From Methanothermococcus sp. Ax23 (GTDB lineage Archaea > AGJL01 > Methanococci > Methanococcales > Methanococcaceae): DNA of 64,000 nucleotides. The stretch is from the NCBI RefSeq assembly GCF_049075655.1, contig NZ_CP157522.1, positions 864,001-928,000 on the forward strand, given 5' to 3'. The translations under genes and the position numbers were made by a program. Numbering within the stretch: position 1 is the first letter of the stretch; each line of letters starts with the position of its first letter. Shown in pieces: positions 19,792 through 30,661 of this stretch. The notes below the pieces were generated by a model. The model was given only the letters and a program-made list of their open reading frames with translations. It searched no databases and had not been told where the DNA came from.

Positions 19792-21654
19792 TTATTCAAC
19801 TGTGACGCTCTTTGCAAGCCCTCTTGGTTTATCCACATCTCTACCGAGCTCCACAGCTTTATAGTATGCCAACAGCTGACAGGCGGGGGCATAAACAAAA
19901 GGACTTACCTCTTCCATCACATCAGGTATTTTTATTAGGTAGTCAACTATATCAACATTTACAGGAGATATTCCTACAACTTTTCCATTCCGTGCCTTTA
20001 TCTCTTCAATATTTGAGATTACTGAATTAAACAGGTTTGAATTTGATGGAGGAACAAGTGCAACAGTATCCATATTTTCATCGATTAATGATATTGTTCC
20101 GTGTTTCAAAAATCCACTACTCATGCCCTCAGCATGTAAGTATGTAATTTCTTTAAATTTCAGAGCTCCTTCCAATGCATTTGGTAGATTTATCCCCTTC
20201 GATATAAAGAGGTAGTTTTTAGCGGTTAGGTTTTTGGATATATTTTTTATATTCTCCCTTTCATTTTCATTTATAACTTCTTTTATATATTCTGGAATAT
20301 TTTCAAGTTCTTTTCTATATATGCCCATGTCTTTTCCAATTACCTCCCCATACTCAATAAATAATCTATACAATATCATCAATTGAGACATGTAGGTTTT
20401 TGTTGCACAGACCGATATTTCAATACCTGAGCCCATCATAATAGTAATATCTGCCTCCCTTGTTGCTGTGGAACCTAAAACATTTACTATTGTAGCAGTT
20501 TTTGCCCCCTTTTCTTTTGCATATTTTATTGCTTTTATCGTGTCGTATGTTTCACCGCTTTGAGTAATTCCTATTACGAGGGTGTTTTCATCAACTATAC
20601 CTTTTATTAGAAACTCCGATGAATCACAAGGTATTATCAATTTATTTAATTTTGAAAACCAGTATTCTGCAACCATTAAAGCATGAAGTGAAGTCCCCAT
20701 TGCAATGATATATATTTTATCGTGATTATGTAGTGCTTTTGCGAGCTCTTTTATTTCATCATTGCATATTTTGGATGAGTTTTTAATTACCTCCGGCTCC
20801 TCCATAATCTCTTTTAACATAAAATGCTCGTATCCCCCTTTTTCTGCACTTTCAATATCCCATTCTATTATAGTTTTTTCTCTTTTGTCTGTAATGTCTT
20901 CATTGTTGTTGTATATGGTGTAGGATATTACATTATTATTTTTATTTTTAGTTTTATCTTTATCCTTATCGTTATTATTACCTTCTTTTCTTAAAACTAC
21001 CATATCTCCATCTTTCAAAGGTATAATTTCCTTTGTCCATTCTAAAAATGCCGAAATGTCGCTTCCCAAAAAGCATTCATCCTCCTTTACTCCAAGAATA
21101 AGTGGGTTTTCGTTTCTTAATCCAATAAGCAAGTTTGGGAAGTTTTTATTTAATATTAAAAATGCATAAGTGCCGTCCAATTTTTTTATGGCATCTTTAA
21201 TAGCATTTATATAATCTTCTTCTGATGGGCTTTCATATTTTTTTAATTCCTCTTCAATTAAGTGAGGTATTACTTCGGTATCAGTCTGTGATTTAAACAC
21301 ATGCCCTTTTTTTATCAGCATATCCTTTAATTCTTTGTAGTTGGAAATTATTCCGTTATGAACAACACAGATTTCATTTTTACAATCAGAATGAGGATGG
21401 GCGTTTTCTTTTGATACATTCCCATGTGTTGCCCACCTATTATGACTTATAGCGACACATCCATCCACTCCCAAAAAATCCTCCTTCTTAGCAACCTCCT
21501 CCACTTTTCCAATATTCTTTTTTATAATTAAATTATCATTGTCAATTATTCCAATACCACAGCTGTCATATCCCCTATATTCCAATCTTTTTAGTCCTTT
21601 TAATAATATTTCAGACGCCATTCTGTTTCCAATATATCCAATTATGCCGCACAT
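19792..21654 (-). CDS. glmS: Glutamine--fructose-6-phosphate transaminase (no intein)
   Basis: MCGIIG, RLEYRGYDS, RWATHG, DKPRGLAKSVTVE. Confidence 0.97.
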   Translation of the reverse strand: MCGIIGYIGNRMASEILLKGLKRLEYRGYDSCGIGIIDNDNLIIKKNIGKVEEVAKKEDFLGVDGCVAISHNRWATHGNVSKENAHPHSDCKNEICVVHNGIISNYKELKDMLIKKGHVFKSQTDTEVIPHLIEEELKKYESPSEEDYINAIKDAIKKLDGTYAFLILNKNFPNLLIGLRNENPLILGVKEDECFLGSDISAFLEWTKEIIPLKDGDMVVLRKEGNNNDKDKDKTKNKNNNVISYTIYNNNEDITDKREKTIIEWDIESAEKGGYEHFMLKEIMEEPEVIKNSSKICNDEIKELAKALHNHDKIYIIAMGTSLHALMVAEYWFSKLNKLIIPCDSSEFLIKGIVDENTLVIGITQSGETYDTIKAIKYAKEKGAKTATIVNVLGSTATREADITIMMGSGIEISVCATKTYMSQLMILYRLFIEYGEVIGKDMGIYRKELENIPEYIKEVINENERENIKNISKNLTAKNYLFISKGINLPNALEGALKFKEITYLHAEGMSSGFLKHGTISLIDENMDTVALVPPSNSNLFNSVISNIEEIKARNGKVVGISPVNVDIVDYLIKIPDVMEEVSPFVYAPACQLLAYYKAVELGRDVDKPRGLAKSVTVE

Positions 21655-21765
21655 TTTTACACCATATAATAAAAAATTAAATTAAATAAAAATAACTATA
21701 TTTTTATAATATATTCTTTAAATATTTACATTATTTTTTAGTATTATATAATTTTTGGTGAGATT

Positions 21766-22224
21766 ATGAAAAAAAGGATTACATTAATTGGTAGTAAAAT
21801 AGCAAAAACTGGAAATGAATTTGTTTATTATGGTTTATTAAAAGAATGCGAATCATGTAGATTCAAAAAAATTTGCCATGATGGGATGGTAGTGGGGAAG
21901 AGGTATAAAATTGTTAGTGTGAGGTCAGCAAATCATCCATGTGAGATTCATGAAAGTGGGGTCAAAGTTGTGGAGATAGAGCCTGCAAAGGATATTGTTA
22001 TGTTGGTAGAGTCAAGAAAAGCATTGGATGGTCTTACACTATCCCATAGGGATATACAATGTAATAATATACTCTGTGAGAATTATATGTTATGTCATCC
22101 AGAGGGCGTCTATAATAAATATAAAATATTAAAAGTATTTGATGAAAAGATAAAATGTCCAAAAGGATATTCATTAAAAAAAGTGACGGTATCGCCAATT
22201 GATGATGGCAATCATGAGGAATAG
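21766..22224 (+). CDS. UPF0179 family protein
   Basis: ITLIG..A..G.EF.Y.G...EC..C....C.....G..Y.I..VR...HPC..H pattern. Confidence 0.8.
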   Translation: MKKRITLIGSKIAKTGNEFVYYGLLKECESCRFKKICHDGMVVGKRYKIVSVRSANHPCEIHESGVKVVEIEPAKDIVMLVESRKALDGLTLSHRDIQCNNILCENYMLCHPEGVYNKYKILKVFDEKIKCPKGYSLKKVTVSPIDDGNHEE

Positions 22225-22284
22225 TTCTACATTTATATCCCTTTTTTATCTATTTTCTATTTTCATATCAGTTATAAATCAGAT

Positions 22285-23529
22285 TTATATTCCTTTTTTT
22301 AATATATCTATCGTATCCCCATAAATTACATTACTATTGCAAAAATTGGGGAGGTATTTTGCAGCTTTTCCAGAATTGGTGGCAATATTTTTATAACCCA
22401 TATCCTCAACTGGTGCCACAACCATACAAGTATCACATACGATTTTTCCACCGGCATTTTCTATAATATCTGTATATCCCATCCTATCGGCTATCGATTT
22501 TATATGAATTGATGTGCATATCCATAAATCACATTTAAATCTATTATTTTTATTTAGGTTATTTTTTAATATAAAATCTACAACTTCCGTTATCTCTTCT
22601 AAACTACAATGTGGGCATCCTATACATATTAAATCAGGGCATTCAGCAGAATTTAGAGATTCGTATTCATTTTTAATATCATCATCTGTTATGGTTATTT
22701 TTTCGATTTCTTTATAGTTACTTTCTTCAATTTTTCCCATTACAATTTTAGCCTCTGGTGTAATGTTCTCGACATGATACAGTGCAACACCACCACTTGC
22801 AGCAAGGGATGCTCCAAGGCCTTTTAATTTGTAGGATTTGTATGAGCTCACATCATCAATATCCAATTTTTTAAATTTAAAGTATGGAACTCCATTTTTT
22901 ACAATCTTTCCAACGATAGAGCCCAGAGCTCCGTAATCGGATAGTTTTGTTATTTCCGCATCCACCTCAATTATATGTGTGGGAATTCTATTTTCATCAA
23001 GATGGTATCCATAATATGGGGTTTTTCCAAGTATGGCAGAAGCCAGTGCAGATGGTCCTCCCTCACGGTTTGTCCGAGCTCCGATAATTGAATTTGCATA
23101 GGATACCGCAGAGGATTCAGCCCATGAAATGTGGGAACCAAATATGGGAACATTTCCAGATAAATAAGGTGTGCATGTGCATCCTATTTCTATGCTCATT
23201 TTTTTAAAGCACTCAATCACTTCAAGTTGTTTTTTTGCAAACTCTTTTGGGAATCCGAGCTCTACATATTTATCTAAATCCATGCCCGCAGGGTTTAGTG
23301 TTGTGGGGACGGATACTTTAATGTTGCTATTGGACATATCTTTCAGGAATTCTAAACCTTTTTCCCCTATTGTTTTATAGGATACACCAGAAACCTGTGC
23401 CGATGAGATAGGTATAAGTTTCTCTGCACCGTATATGTCTCCCAAGGACACTAAAAGGTTCATGCAGGTTTCAAGGATTTCCCCATATTCTCCGTTATAT
23501 ATTTTTTCCTCTTCTTTTGTGAGAAACAT
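22285..23529 (-). CDS. Aconitase X catalytic subunit (phosphomevalonate dehydratase large subunit)
   Basis: CTCTPY, WAESSAV, GARTNREGGP, IGCPHCS, DTCMVV, TNSGKAA. Confidence 0.88.
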   Translation of the reverse strand: MFLTKEEEKIYNGEYGEILETCMNLLVSLGDIYGAEKLIPISSAQVSGVSYKTIGEKGLEFLKDMSNSNIKVSVPTTLNPAGMDLDKYVELGFPKEFAKKQLEVIECFKKMSIEIGCTCTPYLSGNVPIFGSHISWAESSAVSYANSIIGARTNREGGPSALASAILGKTPYYGYHLDENRIPTHIIEVDAEITKLSDYGALGSIVGKIVKNGVPYFKFKKLDIDDVSSYKSYKLKGLGASLAASGGVALYHVENITPEAKIVMGKIEESNYKEIEKITITDDDIKNEYESLNSAECPDLICIGCPHCSLEEITEVVDFILKNNLNKNNRFKCDLWICTSIHIKSIADRMGYTDIIENAGGKIVCDTCMVVAPVEDMGYKNIATNSGKAAKYLPNFCNSNVIYGDTIDILKKGI

Positions 23530-23564
23530 TATTTCACCGTTTATTATGTATTTTTAATAACTTT

Positions 23565-24548
23565 TTATTTTTTATATGACCTACTTTTTAATTTTCTCAT
23601 GTAAAATATATTATTGTCATACTCCAATTTTATCAATTTATCCTCTTTTATTAATCTTTCTACAATATCCCAGCCAACATTTGCCTTATTTATCAGCTCT
23701 TCAACGGCTTCCTCCCTCATAGGATGAACAGAAGTAATAGACAGTAAATCCTCCTCGATATTTCCAGAATATGCGAATTCGTTGCCCTCATAACCTATTA
23801 GATACTCGATTTTATCCAATCCAATAATTTTGGAAAATATTTGAAATACTCTGTTTATGGTTTCTTCATTTGCAGGTTTGATTTTTTCAGCAGGGGGTCT
23901 TATGGGGATGCTTATATAACATTTATTTGGAGACAGTTTCTTTAAAAATCTTGCAGTATCTTTTATCACTTCGTCAGTGTAGTTTATTCCGTCCAATAAC
24001 ATGGTTTCAGTTATTATTTTTCCCTTAAACTCTTTTTTAAACTTCAATATTCCTTCAAGAATATCATTTAGATTTAAATCTTTGTGGGGTCTATCAATTA
24101 TTTTCCAGAGCTCTCCATCAACAGCATTTATTTTTAAAGAAACTAAATCAAAATCCATTAAGTCCTTTCTGACATCTTCCCTATACATTAAGGAGGTATT
24201 TGTGATTATGGCAATGGGAATATTTAATTTTTTTAACTCCTCAACTTCTTTTTTTAGATTAATATCAAGGGTAGGTTCTCCGTCTGGGACATATGTAATA
24301 TAATCAATTTTCTCATTTCTATTTTTTAGATTGTTTATTCTTTTTTCAACAGATTGAATTATATCCTCTACTTTATAAAATGCTCGTCTTTTTATGGTTT
24401 TATTTAGCGTTCTCCCCACTTGGCAGTATATGCAGTCATAACTGCAAAATTTATTTGGAATGTTGTTTATTCCCAAACTTTTTCTAAGTCTTCTTGATGG
24501 AACAGGTCCAAATGCTATTTTGTCCTTATCAGCTTTGAAATATTCCAT
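23565..24548 (-). CDS. Radical SAM protein
   Basis: FGPVPSRRL..SLGIN, CSYDCIYC, DGEPTL. Confidence 0.88.
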   Translation of the reverse strand: MEYFKADKDKIAFGPVPSRRLRKSLGINNIPNKFCSYDCIYCQVGRTLNKTIKRRAFYKVEDIIQSVEKRINNLKNRNEKIDYITYVPDGEPTLDINLKKEVEELKKLNIPIAIITNTSLMYREDVRKDLMDFDLVSLKINAVDGELWKIIDRPHKDLNLNDILEGILKFKKEFKGKIITETMLLDGINYTDEVIKDTARFLKKLSPNKCYISIPIRPPAEKIKPANEETINRVFQIFSKIIGLDKIEYLIGYEGNEFAYSGNIEEDLLSITSVHPMREEAVEELINKANVGWDIVERLIKEDKLIKLEYDNNIFYMRKLKSRSYKK

Positions 24549-24623
24549 AGTTTTCCTTTTATTTTTTAGTTTTTATTTTTATTTCTTATTTTATGTTAAT
24601 TTTTATTATGGCTTTTGTTATAT

Positions 24624-25838
24624 TTATTTCGTTTTATTTACTATTTTTCCGTTAATCTCGCCAACGACCTTTAAAACACTTAAAGCAACGCCTTCAACTT
24701 CAATTCCTCCTTTCCCTTTAACCCCATCTCCAACAAGATATAGTTTATCATTAACAATAGGATTTAAATCTGTTCCATTTGAAGCATGATTCACAGGTAT
24801 TTCATCTCTGTATGATTGTATGTGGAGAATTTCATAATTATTTATATTATTTTCGCTGAATAACTGTTCTATGTCATTTAAAACAATATCTATTTCATTT
24901 TTAACATTATCTTTAATCTGCGTCGCATGAGCCATTATTAAATTATATCCTTCTTTCGCAAGGTTTTTATCAACATTTGATGGACAGTTTAAACCGTTTA
25001 TTCTTTCACACTCTGGCGTAAATAAAACTCCATTATGTTCTATAAATTTTTCTTTACATCCTATGGATACTTTTATGCCCTTTGAAGGGATGGGTTCCTT
25101 TCCGTTTATTATTTTTATATTGGATATATTTTCTGTTAGTTTTGGTGATAAATTGCTTATTATTATGTCAAATTCCTCGGAGTCAATATATCCTTTGTCG
25201 TTATCAATTTCTATCCTTTTAACTTCATAATTTGTAATTATTTTTCCATTATTGTTTTTTATCACTCTCACGAGCTCATCAATCACCCCCTTGCACCCAC
25301 CAATGGGCATTCCAGGACCTCCAAATTTATGATAGTTCTGAGTTATTTCAAGTATTTCTTCCATTGGGGTATCATAGGCGTTTAAACTTAAAGCCCAACC
25401 TGTGAATGAGTTTCCAATATCCAATGCCAGCGGAATGTCCTCTAAAAATTCCCCAAATGATATATTTTTATCCACCCTCCCAATTTTCAAGTTGGCAGCC
25501 ATTTTTAGACCTTTTATCTTATCCTTTAATCCTACGAGATTAAATATATTCTTGTATGGATGATTCTTTTTATTTACTCTAAAAAGACCATCGGGATTGG
25601 AATTCACAATATTGACATTACATCCGGCTTTATTTAACAGCTGTGCCAAATATCCATCTGCCCCGTGTGGTATCATGTGTAGAGCTCCTGTGGTAAGTTG
25701 ATACCCTTGATATTCGATATTTGTAAATCTTCCACCAACAATGGGTAATTTTTCATAAATAACCACTTCGTTTTCTTTTGAAAGTAAGGCTCCTGCCAAT
25801 AAACCGCCTAATCCTGCTCCAACTATTCCTATTTTCAT
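24624..25838 (-). CDS. FAD-dependent oxidoreductase (phytoene desaturase-like family)
   Basis: GAGLGGLLAG Rossmann motif, GGRF, LTTGALHMIPHG, YLVGDG. Confidence 0.8.
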   Translation of the reverse strand: MKIGIVGAGLGGLLAGALLSKENEVVIYEKLPIVGGRFTNIEYQGYQLTTGALHMIPHGADGYLAQLLNKAGCNVNIVNSNPDGLFRVNKKNHPYKNIFNLVGLKDKIKGLKMAANLKIGRVDKNISFGEFLEDIPLALDIGNSFTGWALSLNAYDTPMEEILEITQNYHKFGGPGMPIGGCKGVIDELVRVIKNNNGKIITNYEVKRIEIDNDKGYIDSEEFDIIISNLSPKLTENISNIKIINGKEPIPSKGIKVSIGCKEKFIEHNGVLFTPECERINGLNCPSNVDKNLAKEGYNLIMAHATQIKDNVKNEIDIVLNDIEQLFSENNINNYEILHIQSYRDEIPVNHASNGTDLNPIVNDKLYLVGDGVKGKGGIEVEGVALSVLKVVGEINGKIVNKTK

Positions 25839-26068
25839 ACTATCGCCCATATTATTTAAAAAAGTAAGAAAACAATAAATAAAATAATATTAAAAATAAT
25901 ATTAAAATCAAAATAAGATAAAGAATTTTATCCCAAAACAGATTGGGTTCATATAAACCTATCGAACCGAATATTTACAATGAAACTTGATTTCGTCTAT
26001 TTTTTAGTTTTGGGATTTTGTAGTAAAGCGGAGACTTAAAACTTCGGTTTAGTCTAATTAATATATAT

Positions 26069-27295
26069 TTAAGCATACATCACATGTAATGGTGGTGCGT
26101 TTGCTCTGTCATCTTTCTTTTTAGCCCATACTTTTTCAATGGCTGTTAAGAAGTCGTCCATCGTTACATATTCTCTTCCGTCCCTTATGGCAAACATACC
26201 AGCTTCCGTGCATATTGCTTTTAAATCTGCACCAACACAACCTTCTGTCATTTCTGCTACCTTTTTTAAATCCACATGCTTTAAATTCATGTTTTTTGTA
26301 TGGATTTTTAAGATATCCAACCTTCCCTCTTCGCTTGGTGCGGGAACCTCGATTATTCTATCGAATCTACCGGGTCTCAATATGGCAGGGTCAAGTATAT
26401 CAGGTCTGTTTGTAGCGGCTATAATCTTTACATCGCCTTTTGATTCAAATCCATCCATTTCAGCAAGAAGTTGCATGAGTGTCCTCTGAACTTCCCTATC
26501 TCCACCAGTTAATGACTCTGTTCTTCTGCTTGCTACTGCATCTATTTCATCAATGAATATGATACATGGTGCTTTTTCCTTGGCTAACTTGAATACATCC
26601 CTTACAAGTTTTGCCCCCTCGCCTATGAATTTTTTAACGAGCTCGGAACCAACAATCTTTATAAATGATGCATTAGTTTCATGAGCAACTGCCTTTGCAA
26701 GAAGGGTTTTACCTGTTCCCGGAGGTCCATATAATAAAACCCCCTTAGGTGGTTCAATACCTACTTTTTCGAATAATTCGGGGTGTGTTAACGGGAGCTC
26801 TACAACTTCCTTAACTTCTTTTATCTGTTCTTCCAATCCCCCTATGTCGCTAAATGATATATCCGGTCTTTCATCAACTTCCATTGCCATTGCCCTATAA
26901 TCTTTTTCCTTAGGCAAGACATCCACAACAGCCAGAGTTTGCTGATTTAAACAAACTCTTGCACCTGGAACAATTTCATCTTTATTTACGAACTGTGAGA
27001 TGCTTACAAGGAAACTTGGACCTGTCGAGCTCTTTACAACTACCTTTCTATCATTTACTTTATCAATTACTGTTCCAAGTATTAATGGTGGAATTCTGAG
27101 TTTATCTAATTCTCTTTTAAGAATCTCGTTTTCTTTTTTCAACTGTGCATTTTCTCTATTTAAATCTTTATTTTCCAATTCCATCCTTAATACTTTACTC
27201 TCTAACTCCGCAATATATGTCTTTTCCTTAAATTCTTCAATATTTATTTCATTTTTCTCTTCAACATCGTCGTTCTCGTAGCTTGGAAATACCAT
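26069..27295 (-). CDS. pan: Proteasome-activating nucleotidase
   Basis: Coiled coil-OB-AAA+, [15 protein letters not shown]-terminal HbYX (MYA); GGAGGT RBS before ATG 27295. Confidence 0.96.
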   Translation of the reverse strand: MVFPSYENDDVEEKNEINIEEFKEKTYIAELESKVLRMELENKDLNRENAQLKKENEILKRELDKLRIPPLILGTVIDKVNDRKVVVKSSTGPSFLVSISQFVNKDEIVPGARVCLNQQTLAVVDVLPKEKDYRAMAMEVDERPDISFSDIGGLEEQIKEVKEVVELPLTHPELFEKVGIEPPKGVLLYGPPGTGKTLLAKAVAHETNASFIKIVGSELVKKFIGEGAKLVRDVFKLAKEKAPCIIFIDEIDAVASRRTESLTGGDREVQRTLMQLLAEMDGFESKGDVKIIAATNRPDILDPAILRPGRFDRIIEVPAPSEEGRLDILKIHTKNMNLKHVDLKKVAEMTEGCVGADLKAICTEAGMFAIRDGREYVTMDDFLTAIEKVWAKKKDDRANAPPLHVMYA

Positions 27296-27524
27296 AAGAT
27301 ATACCTCCATGTAAATAATAATCATGATATAATTTAAATTAATATGGTGAATAGATAATAATTATAATTATTAATAAATCAATGAAGATATATATATGTA
27401 ATGGTTGAAGGCAATTACCTTCCTTTCTAAATATTATTTTATATATTTCATTAAATTAATATATCGGTAGGTATTTATAATTAATGGATGGTTATGTCAT
27501 CATTATTTAAATTAGGTGAGTATT

Positions 27525-28004
27525 ATGCAGTGTGAATTATGTGGAAAAGAAGTCAATAAACTTACACCTGTAAGGATTGAAGGTGTAGAAATGCAAGTAT
27601 GTGATGAATGTGCTAAGTTTGGAGTAGCTCCAAAGAGTTATTCAAGAAAACCTAAAACAGTTCTTGGAAGGGGAGCTCCTCAAACAAAAAAGACTAATCG
27701 ACCTAAAAGAGATTTATTTGATAGTTTAAAAATAATAGTAGAAGATTATGGGGATGTCATAAAAGAGGCAAGGATGAAAAAAGGAATGGATTTAAAAGAA
27801 CTGGCAAAAAGGGTAGGTATCAAGGAATCAACACTTCACAAAATTGAAAGAAACGAACTGGAACCAGAAGAAAAATATGTAAAGAGATTGGAAAAAGAAT
27901 TAAATATTTCATTATATGAAGAGGGAGAGCAGGATTATAATGCGAGCTCTTCAAGGGATGAATTCACATTAGGGGATTTTGTGAAGATTAAAAAAAGAAA
28001 GTAA
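27525..28004 (+). CDS. Archaeal multiprotein bridging factor aMBF1
   Basis: CELCG..VCDEC Zn ribbon, HTH, TLGD C-terminus; divergent from pan as is usual. Confidence 0.9.
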   Translation: MQCELCGKEVNKLTPVRIEGVEMQVCDECAKFGVAPKSYSRKPKTVLGRGAPQTKKTNRPKRDLFDSLKIIVEDYGDVIKEARMKKGMDLKELAKRVGIKESTLHKIERNELEPEEKYVKRLEKELNISLYEEGEQDYNASSSRDEFTLGDFVKIKKRK

Positions 28005-28030
28005 TAATGGATAATAATTATCTTATTATC

Positions 28031-28819
28031 TTAATTAATTTCTGTTCCCCTAACCTCTCCAATTAATGCACTATATATATTTCCTTTTTTATTTCCATTG
28101 AAGATTATTGTTTTAATACCTGAGTTATAAGATTCCATGACTTTTAAATACATTCCACCAGTGATATCGTTTTTATCAGATGGTTTTAGGTATTTTAAAA
28201 CATTGTTAATATTTTCTGAATTGATTTTTTCTATAACATTGTTGTTGGAATCAAGCACGCCATCCACATCAGAAGCATGAAGGCTTAGGTTTGGTTTTAA
28301 TTTTTTTGTTAGATAAGGCAGTGCATGGTCTCCTGAAAATATTTTATAATTACTCTCACCATCTAATACTATATCGCCGTGAATTACAGGAATCAAACCT
28401 CTTTTAATCATACCCTCTATTGCATAAGTGTCAAAATGGATTTCGCCTTTATCAAATGCTATAAATGAAGAAGGCTGTATAGAAACTGCTGGAATGTCAT
28501 AATCATGAAGATTGTTAATTACAATATTGTTGAATTTTCTCATGGCTTTTTGAATGTCCCAGAATCCTTTTTCCATATTGTAAAATTCTTTTTTATTATT
28601 ATTTTTATTATCTTTATTTAGATATTTCTTTGCGACGGGATGACCAAAAGAACCTCCGCCGTGTATAATGATTAAATTTAATTTATCATCGTTAGTATCA
28701 TAATAGTCAATAGCATTTCTTATTTCCATAGAAATTCGTTCTAAATTATCCCATTTAATAGAAAAAGGAACGTTCTTATCGCATAAAATACTTCCGCCAA
28801 GTTTAAGAATCGCAAGCAT
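28031..28819 (-). CDS. Isopentenyl phosphate kinase
   Basis: LKLGGS, IHGGGSFGH, PVIHGD, SGD, DITGGM..K. Confidence 0.9.
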   Translation of the reverse strand: MLAILKLGGSILCDKNVPFSIKWDNLERISMEIRNAIDYYDTNDDKLNLIIIHGGGSFGHPVAKKYLNKDNKNNNKKEFYNMEKGFWDIQKAMRKFNNIVINNLHDYDIPAVSIQPSSFIAFDKGEIHFDTYAIEGMIKRGLIPVIHGDIVLDGESNYKIFSGDHALPYLTKKLKPNLSLHASDVDGVLDSNNNVIEKINSENINNVLKYLKPSDKNDITGGMYLKVMESYNSGIKTIIFNGNKKGNIYSALIGEVRGTEIN

Positions 28820-29022
28820 GGTATCACGTTTTAGGTCATGATGTAATAGCTGATTACCATATAATTATAAATTCGTTTGTAAGAGAATTCGATACTCTAA
28901 TGTGGGTATTATCAAAAAATTATGGACTTGTTCATCAAATAGTATAATAGTCAGTTGTAATGTCATGACCACGTTTTATTTTGATAGTAAGTTGATTAGT
29001 TTTATATTATAGTATAACCATA

Positions 29023-30541
29023 CTGACATACTCCCACGACTGAAGTCGTGGGGTTCTCGCTTACGGTAGTAAGCGAGCAACGAAATCACGAAGTGATTTC
29101 GTCTAATTTTAGTAGGGTCTAACCCTACATGGGTTGCCAAGCCCACTACCCCTATCTCCGTTTAGGAGATTTAGGGCTACGCTACATGAAAATACTTTTT
29201 TCAAAATATTTAAAGCAGCATTCACATCAGCATTCAAAACCATACCACACTCACTACAAACATATAATCCTCTAAACTTCCTATTACTTTTCCTAACAAC
29301 TCCACAATTACTGCAAGTTTGAGAAGTATAAGCTTCATTAACCTGTTCTACTGTTATTCCCTTTTCCTCTGCCTTATACATTATCATACTTACTAACCTA
29401 CCAAAAGGTATCCTATGCAGTTTCTCATTGTTCTTTCTACCAATATCAATACTTGAAATGCCTTTGTTTAACTTGCCGATTACAATCCTTGAAACTTTGT
29501 TATCCACTGCAAAATCAACAATCATCTTACTAACCTTATGCAAATAATCCTTAGTATAATTCTTTTCTCTTACTGTTAAGCATGATAATCGTTTATTATT
29601 CTTTAACTGTTTCCGTGTTAGTTTGGGCTGTAGTTTTCCCTTTGTTTTAGCAAACCATCGGAATTTAGAAATTAACTGTCTCCCATCGTAGATTACTGCA
29701 CTGCCCGTATTGGTTACTACTGTTGCTAAATTCTTAATTCCTAAATCAATACTTAGTATATTACCTTCTTTGATAGGTTCTTGAATTACTGGTTTCTTAT
29801 GGATTAAGTGAAGTATGTAGTAGGTTATCCCATAGATGGTCTGCGGAACTATCTCAACTTCTTTAACCTGCGTGGTATCAAGCGGTAGAGTTTTCGATAA
29901 ATCTACCCATAAGTACTTGGACTTGATAACATGCTTTTCTTTGAGATAGTTTTTAGTTTGTTTTGATAGGGATAACCTTAACTTATTGCCTATGATTTTG
30001 AAACCTTGTTTCTTCCATTTTACTGGAAAGTGTCCATCTTTTGGTTGGTATCGTGGTCTTTTAGTGTGCTGTTTGAAGTAGTTTTGCCATGCTATCGCTT
30101 GCGTAGCAAGCGAGCAACGAAAACCGAAGGTTTTCGTCTAATTGAGAGTTTTTGACATACTGCCTGTGCTGATTGTGAGTGTAGGTTTTTAAACCAGAAG
30201 TTATCCTTCATTTGAACATCTATTTTATTTGGTTCAATGTTTTGTAGTATTACTTCATAATTGGATGTATTCCAGAGTTTTGATGCTGAGTAGGTTAAAT
30301 GGTTTATGATTGTTAATTGTTCATTGGTTAGTTTTCTTGTTAGGTTTATTGTCAGCACTCTGGTTACTTGCATGGAATTCACCAAATTTATATATATGCC
30401 ATTATTCTAACTACACTCATATATTATATAGGGAGCATATAAAAAAATGATGTCCGCCTCTCATCCAATCTCGTAAGAGATTTTACAAAACCTTGTTTTG
30501 TATAACGATTAAAATCGTTGGAACCTTCTCGGCGGTTTATC
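29023..30541 (-). mobile_element. IS200/IS605-family tnpB-only (IS1341-type) element inserted 3' of TTTAC
   Basis: Left end GATAAACCGCCGAGAA at 30541 preceded by TTTAC (minus strand); right-end hairpin CCCACGACTTCAGTCGTGGG ending GTCAG at 29023; tnpB inside. Confidence 0.9.
29109..30373 (-). pseudogene. tnpB: TnpB interrupted by a 47-bp insertion (30095-30141); 405 aa if the insert is removed
   Basis: Removing the insert joins ...QAVCQKLS-IAWQNYFK...SIDLGIKN...CSNCG..CSECG..NADVNAA with no stop (hand translation). Confidence 0.9.
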
Positions 30542-30661
30542 GTAAATATATAATTAAGTATTACTTTAACGAAAATAAAAATTATAATAAAATAAAATAA
30601 ATATAAAACAAAAAAACAAAAATGTGAGATAATATAAGGGAATGTAAAGAATGGTGAAAAT

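Noticed and set aside
2818-21654. Inteins in nrdD or glmS (present in M. jannaschii orthologues)
   Set aside because: Protein lengths are normal and no intein terminal or LAGLIDADG motifs are seen.
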